Assembly (NCBI GenBank): GCA_963765205.1
Contig: CAVXVB010000008.1
Coordinates: 352,001 to 416,000 of the forward strand
Source: an uncultured Verrucomicrobiae bacterium
GTDB taxonomy: Bacteria; Verrucomicrobiota; Verrucomicrobiia; Opitutales; JABDGR01
Direction: 5' to 3'
DNA: 64,000 nucleotides
This document shows positions 57,407-64,000 of this stretch, in pieces. How positions within the stretch are numbered: position 1 is the first letter of the stretch; each line of letters starts with the position of its first letter. Both the position numbers and the translations under genes were made by a program. The notes under the pieces are model-generated. The model made no database searches. It worked only from the letters and a program-made list of their open reading frames with translations, and had not been told where the DNA came from.

Positions 57407-58444
57407 ATGATCAGGCGTTTTCTGTTTGTCTCATTGTCGTTTTGTTCGGTTGCGCTGGCGCAAACGGCGCCCACGCCGCAACCCGTCAAGATTCTGCCGC
57501 CGGTGCCCACCAAGGTCATTGCCCCGGGCAATTCCGTGCCCGGCGGGCCGCCGATTCCGGATGCGTTCCCGACGGAAGCCGCGCACCCGCCGTCCATCTT
57601 GCTCTGGCCGTATGGCGCGCCCGGTTCGGAAGCGCACCGGGACGAGGCGGAAATCGTGGGCTGGCGGCAGGAGGCCGACATCGTTTTCCCCATCCTTTAT
57701 AATATCCATAACCCGACGATCACGCCGTTCCTGCCAGCGCAGGACAAGGCAACCGGCTGCGCCGTCGTCATCTGCCCCGGCGGTGGGCATATGTTCCAGA
57801 CGATTGACCGCGAAGGTTACGATGTCGGCCAATGGCTGGCCGACCATGGCGTCGCCGCGTTTGTGCTGAAATACCGCCTGGCCCGGGACACCGTCAATAT
57901 CATCAGCGGCCAGCCGCAACCTTACACCGTGGCCGTCCATGCGCAGGCGGACGCGCTGCGGGCGCTACGCCTGGTGCGCAGCCGGGCGGCGGAATGGGGC
58001 GTGGACCCAAACCGGCTTGGCATCATGGGTTTTTCGGCGGGTGGCGAAGTGACGTTTGATGCCGCCCTGGCGAATGGCGCCGGCGACCCGAACGCCGCCG
58101 ACCCGATTGACCGGCTGGACGCCCACCCGGATTTCATTGGCATCGTTTATTCCTCGCCGCCCCGGCAAATGAGCGCGCCGGATTATGTCATCCCGGCCAA
58201 CTTCCCCCCGGCCTTCCTGCTCTGCTCCGCGAGTGATCCCTCCCCCGGCGTGTCTGGCGCCCAAGGTCTGGCGCGGTTTTACGGAGTCCTGAAAAACGCC
58301 CATATCCCGGTCGAACTGCACATCTACGAGGAAGGCGGCCATGGCTTCGGCGTACGCCAGTGGGATTACTCGGTGTCATCCTGGCCGAACTTGTTTCGCG
58401 GGTGGCTCAATGACCGCGGGTATTTGAAGAAATCCTCGAATTGA
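57407..58444 (+). CDS. Exported alpha/beta hydrolase (carbohydrate-esterase-like)
   Basis: VICPGGG, FVLKYRL, GIMGFSAGG nucleophile elbow, ELHIYEEGGHGFG. Confidence 0.88.
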   Translation: MIRRFLFVSLSFCSVALAQTAPTPQPVKILPPVPTKVIAPGNSVPGGPPIPDAFPTEAAHPPSILLWPYGAPGSEAHRDEAEIVGWRQEADIVFPILYNIHNPTITPFLPAQDKATGCAVVICPGGGHMFQTIDREGYDVGQWLADHGVAAFVLKYRLARDTVNIISGQPQPYTVAVHAQADALRALRLVRSRAAEWGVDPNRLGIMGFSAGGEVTFDAALANGAGDPNAADPIDRLDAHPDFIGIVYSSPPRQMSAPDYVIPANFPPAFLLCSASDPSPGVSGAQGLARFYGVLKNAHIPVELHIYEEGGHGFGVRQWDYSVSSWPNLFRGWLNDRGYLKKSSN

Positions 58445-58478
58445 TTTGTGGGTTGCTTTCGGGTATACTGCGTTTTTT

Positions 58479-61400
58479 ATGCGAATCCAAAGAATGAAAT
58501 GGTTGGCGCTTCTGACGGCGCCGGGGTTGTTGGCGGCCTTGGCGGCGGCTACTGCCGCGTCCGCGCCCACCGCGGCTCCGACTGCGGAAGCGGCCGCGCC
58601 GGTATTGCCGAAATTCGAGGACGCGACGTTTGAAAAGGATGTGCACCCGCTCATTGAGAAATACTGCTATGAGTGCCACGGCGACGGCATGGCCAAGGCG
58701 GATCTCGCCCTGGACAAATACAAGACGGTGGCCGACATGGAGAAGGACACCACCCGGTGGGAGACCGTGCTCGACAAAGTCCACCGGCATGAAATGCCGC
58801 CCGACGACGCCGACGCGCAACCAACCGAGCAGGAGCGCGACTTCCTCGTGGACTGGGTGGATCGCACCATTCATCAATACGACCCCGCCAACCCCGACCC
58901 CGGCCACGCGACACTGCATCGTCTCAACCGCTCCGAATACACCAACTCCATCCGCGACTTGACCGGGGTGAACTTCCAAGCCGACGAGGACTTCCCGGCC
59001 GACGACTCGGGCTACGGCTTTGACAACATTGGCGACGTGCTGTCGTTGCCGCCCATGCTCATGGAGAAATACCTGAACGCCGCCGATAAAATTCTGGACC
59101 AGGCCATCCCGACTGACCCGCTGGTTTGCCGCACGCAGAATTTTCCCGCGTATTTGCTGGAGACGGGTTTCAACGACCTCGGCGCTCAGGCGGGCGGCTG
59201 GGTACACCTCATCAGCTTGGAGGAAGGCCACGTCAGCCTCGACCAGTATATCCGTGCGCCGGGCGAATACAAAGTCAGCTTCGAAGGCTATGGCGAGCCG
59301 ACCGGCGGGATTTCCCCGAACGGCGTCGGCTCGACCACGACGCCGCCGCCGACCCCTGTAATGCCGAAAATGTCCCTGCGCATCAACGGCGGGACGGTGG
59401 GCGTCGGGGAGACGTATATCCACCAATTTCAAATTGATGCGACCGACAAGGACCATCCGGGTGAATACTCATGGGAAGTCGGCCTGCCCGCCGGGCCGGT
59501 GGAATTGCACGAGGTGATGGACCGCATCCGCGGCGGCGCGAATGAGAACCTCATCACCAACGGCCGCGTGGGCGCGCAGCAAACCGGCGTGGGCTGGGTG
59601 AAATCCATCACCATCGAAGGGCCGCTGCCCGGTGTCATCACCCGCTGGCCCGCCGCCCAACTCACCGCCACCGGGCCGGGCACTGCGAATGCCGCGGGCG
59701 AGCGGATGATGACGGGCAACGGCGAGATCTCGACCAAGTTTACCGTGGCCCAGGCGGGCGATTACATCCTGCGGGCCACCGCCTACGCGCAACAAGCCGG
59801 CGACGAGCCGACGAAAATGGCCTTCCGCATGGATGGCCAGCCGGTCACCTCTTTCGACGTGCTGGCGCCGGCGCAGCGCCTGCAACTGCCCGGCGAGCGC
59901 GTGTTCTCCGGCCACCCCGCCTCGCTCGCGCTGCAAAAAGCGGTACCGCAGGTTTACGAATTCCGGCTGAAGCTCACGCCGGGTGAAAAAACTTTTTCCG
60001 CGGGGCTGGTCAATGAGTTCGCCGATCCCGACAATGCCAACCCCAACCTCCAGCGCCGCACCCTCACCATTCAGAACCTCGAAGTCGTGGATCTCACCCA
60101 GCCCTTCGTGCAGCCGGAATTGACGGACGAAATGAAAGGGTATTTCGCCCAGGAGGCAACGTCGGCCAACAAAGAACAGCGCGCACGGCAAATTATCACC
60201 CAGTTCGCGGAACGCGCCTGGCGCGGCCCGGTGGATCCCGCCGAGGTGGACAAGCTGATGGGGCTCTTTGCGCTCGCGGATAAGAATGGTGAGTCGTTTC
60301 CCGTTAGCGTCAAGGTGGCGATGAAGGCGGTGTTGGTGTCGCCACATTTCCTGTTCCGCGGCACGGCGCCTGACGCCGCCGGGCTGGCGGGCACGACCGG
60401 CCCGGAAATAAAAAAGACGGCGCTCGCAAAAACGACCACGGCGGCCAGCGGCGGCGAAAGCCTCGGCGTGCCGGTGGATGAGCTGACGCTCGCCTCGCGC
60501 CTCTCCTATTTCCTTTGGAGCAGCGCGCCGGACGACGAACTCCTCGGCCTCGCCGAGCACCACCAGTTGCGCGCCCACCTAGCCGAACAAGTCCAGCGCA
60601 TGATTGCCTCGCCCAAATCTCAGGCGCTGGTGGATAATTTTGCCGGCCAGTGGCTCCAGTTCCGCAGCCTGGCGACGTTCAACCCCGACCGGGCGGTGCT
60701 GGGGGATGATTATTATAACGCGTGGCCCGAGTTGTGTGATGAAATGGAAAAGGAAACCGGGCTGTTTTTCAATTACGTGATGCGCCAGGACCGCAGCGTG
60801 TTCGATTTTCTCACCGGCAACTACACCTTTGTGAACGACGACTTGGCCAACTATTACGGATTACCTGCCATAACCGGCGACGACTTCCGGAAAGTCTCGC
60901 TGGACGGCACGCCGCGGCGCGGGGTGCTTACGCAGGGCAGCGTGCTGGTGCTGACCTCGAACCCAACGCGCACCTCGCCCGTCAAACGCGGCAAGTGGGT
61001 GCTGGAAAACCTGCTGGGCACGCCGCCGCCCCCCCCGCCGCCGAACGTCCCGGCGCTGGATAGCGAAACAGAGCTCACCGGCACGTTGCGCCAACAGATG
61101 GAGCAGCACCGTGCCAACCCGATTTGCGCCTCGTGCCATGCGCGCATGGACCCCATCGGCTTCGGCCTCGAAAATTTCGACGCCGCCGGCCTGTGGCGGG
61201 ATACCGACAAGGACAGCCCGATTGACGCCTCCGGCAAACTACTCACCGGCGAAACCTTTAACGGCGCGGCAGACCTGGTGCAAATCCTCGCCGAGAAAAA
61301 GCGCACGGATTTCCTGCGCTGCCTGTCGGAAAAAATGCTCACCTACGCGCTGGGCCGCGGCCTCGAATACTATGACCGCGAGGCAACCGACCAAATCATC

Positions 61401-61547
61401 ACAGAACTCGACAAAGGCGGGGACAAGTTCTCCGTGCTGATGATGAGCGTGGTCAACAGCGTGCCGTTCCAGGAAATGCGCCGCGCCGACGCACAGCCGG
61501 AAAAGCCAACAGAGAAGCCGACGACGACGGTAGCGGCGGTGCCATAG
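58479..61547 (+). CDS. DUF1592/1588/1587/1595/1585 (PSD/PSCyt) cytochrome-c-type protein
   Basis: CYECH and CASCH heme motifs, RLNRSEY.NSIRDL, GFDNIG, LASRLSYFLWSSAPD, TSPVKRGKWVL. Confidence 0.92.
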   Translation: MRIQRMKWLALLTAPGLLAALAAATAASAPTAAPTAEAAAPVLPKFEDATFEKDVHPLIEKYCYECHGDGMAKADLALDKYKTVADMEKDTTRWETVLDKVHRHEMPPDDADAQPTEQERDFLVDWVDRTIHQYDPANPDPGHATLHRLNRSEYTNSIRDLTGVNFQADEDFPADDSGYGFDNIGDVLSLPPMLMEKYLNAADKILDQAIPTDPLVCRTQNFPAYLLETGFNDLGAQAGGWVHLISLEEGHVSLDQYIRAPGEYKVSFEGYGEPTGGISPNGVGSTTTPPPTPVMPKMSLRINGGTVGVGETYIHQFQIDATDKDHPGEYSWEVGLPAGPVELHEVMDRIRGGANENLITNGRVGAQQTGVGWVKSITIEGPLPGVITRWPAAQLTATGPGTANAAGERMMTGNGEISTKFTVAQAGDYILRATAYAQQAGDEPTKMAFRMDGQPVTSFDVLAPAQRLQLPGERVFSGHPASLALQKAVPQVYEFRLKLTPGEKTFSAGLVNEFADPDNANPNLQRRTLTIQNLEVVDLTQPFVQPELTDEMKGYFAQEATSANKEQRARQIITQFAERAWRGPVDPAEVDKLMGLFALADKNGESFPVSVKVAMKAVLVSPHFLFRGTAPDAAGLAGTTGPEIKKTALAKTTTAASGGESLGVPVDELTLASRLSYFLWSSAPDDELLGLAEHHQLRAHLAEQVQRMIASPKSQALVDNFAGQWLQFRSLATFNPDRAVLGDDYYNAWPELCDEMEKETGLFFNYVMRQDRSVFDFLTGNYTFVNDDLANYYGLPAITGDDFRKVSLDGTPRRGVLTQGSVLVLTSNPTRTSPVKRGKWVLENLLGTPPPPPPPNVPALDSETELTGTLRQQMEQHRANPICASCHARMDPIGFGLENFDAAGLWRDTDKDSPIDASGKLLTGETFNGAADLVQILAEKKRTDFLRCLSEKMLTYALGRGLEYYDREATDQIITELDKGGDKFSVLMMSVVNSVPFQEMRRADAQPEKPTEKPTTTVAAVP

Positions 61548-61596
61548 GCGTTGCGGTCAGCAAGTGCGCCTTCCGGTCGGCCATTGTATCCCAACG

Positions 61597-62130
61597 CTAT
61601 TCCGCCGATACCTCCGGGCAGGGATTTGCGGAGGTTTTTTGGGCGATTGGGGCAGCGAAGTGGTCAAAGAGGACGTTCACCAGCAGCGCGCAGAGGCAGC
61701 CCAACAGAACCGCGATTACGCGGCTGACGGACCCATACCATGAGTGATCCCCTTGCATGGTGAGCGTGATGATGGCCGTGGCGGCGTAGGCGGCGCGCAG
61801 GCCTTCGTCCATTTTCAAGTGGTGGCAAACCATGCCGACCGCCATGATGCCGATGAACAGGTCGAGCAGGGGGATTCCAGCCAGGGCATTGAGCGCCCCG
61901 CCCACCAGCGCGGCAATGAAGTTGGCCTGGACGCGCACCACCGACGCGCGGAGCGAGGTGTGCAAAAAGGGCTGGATGACGATGACGGCCGAAATGGCGG
62001 CCCACGCCGCATTCACCGTGGCCAGCGTCACCATCTGCGACAGCAAAAACGCCAGCACGGCGGCGAGCGCGGCCTTGCAGGTGTAGATGAACGCCGTAAG
62101 CGTTGGGATGGAGGCGCGTGACGGCGTCAT
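61597..62130 (-). CDS. FUSC / aromatic acid exporter family membrane protein
   Basis: KAALAAVLA, WAAISAVIVIQP...S..AS..R..AN.I, R...VLLG..CALLVN. Confidence 0.8.
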   Translation of the reverse strand: MTPSRASIPTLTAFIYTCKAALAAVLAFLLSQMVTLATVNAAWAAISAVIVIQPFLHTSLRASVVRVQANFIAALVGGALNALAGIPLLDLFIGIMAVGMVCHHLKMDEGLRAAYAATAIITLTMQGDHSWYGSVSRVIAVLLGCLCALLVNVLFDHFAAPIAQKTSANPCPEVSAE

Positions 62131-62288
62131 TCGCCCCATTTAATGGAGGCCCGGGGAAAAAGCAAACCCCGGCGGTGGCCTAGGATTGATGCAGTGAAGG
62201 GCGCTCGCGGCGAGGATAACATAGGACTTTGGCCCGCGCTATAAAAAAAGCGCGCCGAACGCAAAAGCGCGTCAAGGTCCGCCACCCG

Positions 62289-62630
62289 TCACCAGGTCTG
62301 GATGGGGGTATTGGTGTTGGGGTCAGGGCGGAAGGGATAGCGGCTGCCCTCGGGATTGAACTGGCCACGGTCGAGTTTGTAATAGTGGAAATTGGAATTC
62401 GGAGTGATGGAGATGCCGCGCTTGAATTCGTAGATGTAGTCGTATTTGTCGTCCGAGCCGGCATAATACCATTGGTTGAACATGTCGTTCGGGTTGCTAT
62501 TGTTGGCGCGCACCTTGGCATTGACTTGGGCGAGGGTCGAATACTGGTAATCCGGCAGGCTTGCGCTGACGCCGGCGCAGCCACAAAGCACGAGCGCGAG
62601 AATCAGGATTGAAAGGCAGGATTTGTTCAT
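62289..62630 (-). CDS. Small hypothetical lipoprotein
   Basis: Signal peptide with lipobox LCGC; WYYAGSDDKYDY. Confidence 0.7.
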   Translation of the reverse strand: MNKSCLSILILALVLCGCAGVSASLPDYQYSTLAQVNAKVRANNSNPNDMFNQWYYAGSDDKYDYIYEFKRGISITPNSNFHYYKLDRGQFNPEGSRYPFRPDPNTNTPIQTW

Positions 62631-62803
62631 GGGGGGATTGGCCAGCGGAAAGTCTGACGCAGTTGACTCACGAAAGGAAGGCAAAAGAGACAGGCTCGGT
62701 AAACGCCACCCGGCAAAAATAAACCCTTGCGCAAAAGGCGGGGAGGAGTTAGTTTGCCGGGTGACGGGCAGCCGTTGCTGATGGCGGCTGACCGACTGAC
62801 CTT

Positions 62804-64000
62804 ATGAGCAACTCCTGGCAATTACCCCGCCGGAAATTTTTACGCGGCCTCGGCACGGTCATGGCCTTGCCGTTTTTTGAATCGGCGCTGCCCACGGCAC
62901 GCTTGATGGGCGCGACCGCCGCGCTCAAGACCTACCCGAAACGCATGGCGTTTATCTACATTCCGAATGGCGTCAACATCGCTTACTGGACACCGCAAAC
63001 GACCGGCCGCAATTACGAAGTTCCTTACACGCTGGCGCCACTGGCCGATTTTCAGAACGACATCACCGTCCTCACCGAGCTCGACAATAACCAAGCCAAC
63101 GATTTTGGCGATGGTGGTGGCGGCCACGCCCGCGCCTCGGCTACCTTCCTCACCGGCGTGCATCCGCGCAAGACCGCCGGGGCCGACATCAAGGCGGGCG
63201 TCTCCGTGGACCAAATTGCGGCGGACAAAATTGGCGACCAGACCAAGCTGCCCTCCTTGGAATTAAGCTGTGACCACGGCCAGCGGGCCGGCTCGTGCGA
63301 CTCGGGCTATAGTTGCGCCTACCAGTTTAACATCTCGTGGAAATCAGACACGATGCCGATGAGTCCGGAAGTGGATCCACGCCTGGCCTTCGAGCGTCTC
63401 TTCGGCGCGGCCGACGATGCGTCCACCAAAGAAGCCCGCGCCAAGCGCGATCTGTATAACAAGAGCGTGCTCGACTATGTGCTCGATGATGCGCAGAGCC
63501 TCAGCCGCACCCTCGGCAGCACCGACCAGCACAAGCTCGACGAATACCTGTCCGCCGTGCGCGACCTCGAACGCCGCATCGAGGCGAGCGAGAAATATGT
63601 CATCGAGCTGCCGCCGGAACAGCGCCAGTTGAAAATGCTGGCCGATTACAATTTTGACGCACACGCCAAGTTGATGATGGATATCATGGCCTTGGCGTTC
63701 CAGACCGACGCCACCCGCGTCTCGACCTTCATTTTGGGCCATGATGGCAGCAATCGCCCCTACCCGCAGGCCAACATCTCGGAAGGCCACCACGACCTTT
63801 CCCACCACCGCAACGACCCGGATAAATTGACCAAGCTGGCCATCATCAACCGCTATCATATGGAGCAGTATGCCTACCTGCTGGGCAAATTGAAGTCCGT
63901 CAAGGAAGGCGAAGGCACGCTGCTCGACAACTGCATGGTGCTCTATGGCGGCGGTTTGAGCGACGGCAACTCGCACTCGCCGGAAAACGTGCCCGTCATC
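62804..64000 (+). CDS. DUF1552 (HXXSHH) Tat-exported protein, runs off the window
   Basis: Manual translation from ATG 62804: LPRRKFLRGLG.VMALPFFES, RMAFIYIPNGV, SVDQIAA, CDSGYSCAY, HHDLSHH, EGEGTLLDN. Confidence 0.92.
   Translation, partial: MSNSWQLPRRKFLRGLGTVMALPFFESALPTARLMGATAALKTYPKRMAFIYIPNGVNIAYWTPQTTGRNYEVPYTLAPLADFQNDITVLTELDNNQANDFGDGGGGHARASATFLTGVHPRKTAGADIKAGVSVDQIAADKIGDQTKLPSLELSCDHGQRAGSCDSGYSCAYQFNISWKSDTMPMSPEVDPRLAFERLFGAADDASTKEARAKRDLYNKSVLDYVLDDAQSLSRTLGSTDQHKLDEYLSAVRDLERRIEASEKYVIELPPEQRQLKMLADYNFDAHAKLMMDIMALAFQTDATRVSTFILGHDGSNRPYPQANISEGHHDLSHHRNDPDKLTKLAIINRYHMEQYAYLLGKLKSVKEGEGTLLDNCMVLYGGGLSDGNSHSPENVPVI

Overview
High-GC bacterial chromosome segment, most consistent with Verrucomicrobiota (Opitutia-like). 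This is inferred from the long-form GreA, DUF1592/DUF1552 pair, DPxAAxxW repeat proteins and CAZyme load. The backbone carries a DEAD-box helicase, hisS, HU/IHF, a ClpX-like ATPase, ubiE/menG, a divergent membrane pyrophosphatase, dgkA, greA, crtI, a fluoride riboswitch-crcB-DUF190 unit, trpA, a HupE/UreJ cluster, two GH78s, a GH31, a GH3 and several toxin-antitoxin genes. The main accessory feature is an ~11.6 kb element integrated at tRNA-Gly(CCC), bounded by a 30-bp att duplication (34955-34984 / 46585-46614). It has a tyrosine integrase, an excisionase-like gene, a two-tyrosine HUH rolling-circle Rep and a g5p-like ssDNA-binding protein, but no recognisable virion or conjugation genes. Its cargo is an R-M fusion enzyme, DUF2726, a Tle1-like hydrolase and a lectin-like protein, interleaved with two copies of an ~185-bp multi-hairpin repeat. 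Other oddities are an AT-rich in-frame block in hisS, a J-like/STT3-like/TPR fusion, a gene bracketed by 29-bp inverted sites, GTAG-type REPs beside TA genes, and inverted 7-9-mer intergenic arrays. About seven single-base frameshifts are probably sequencing indels. All family calls come from motif recognition by eye, not database searches.
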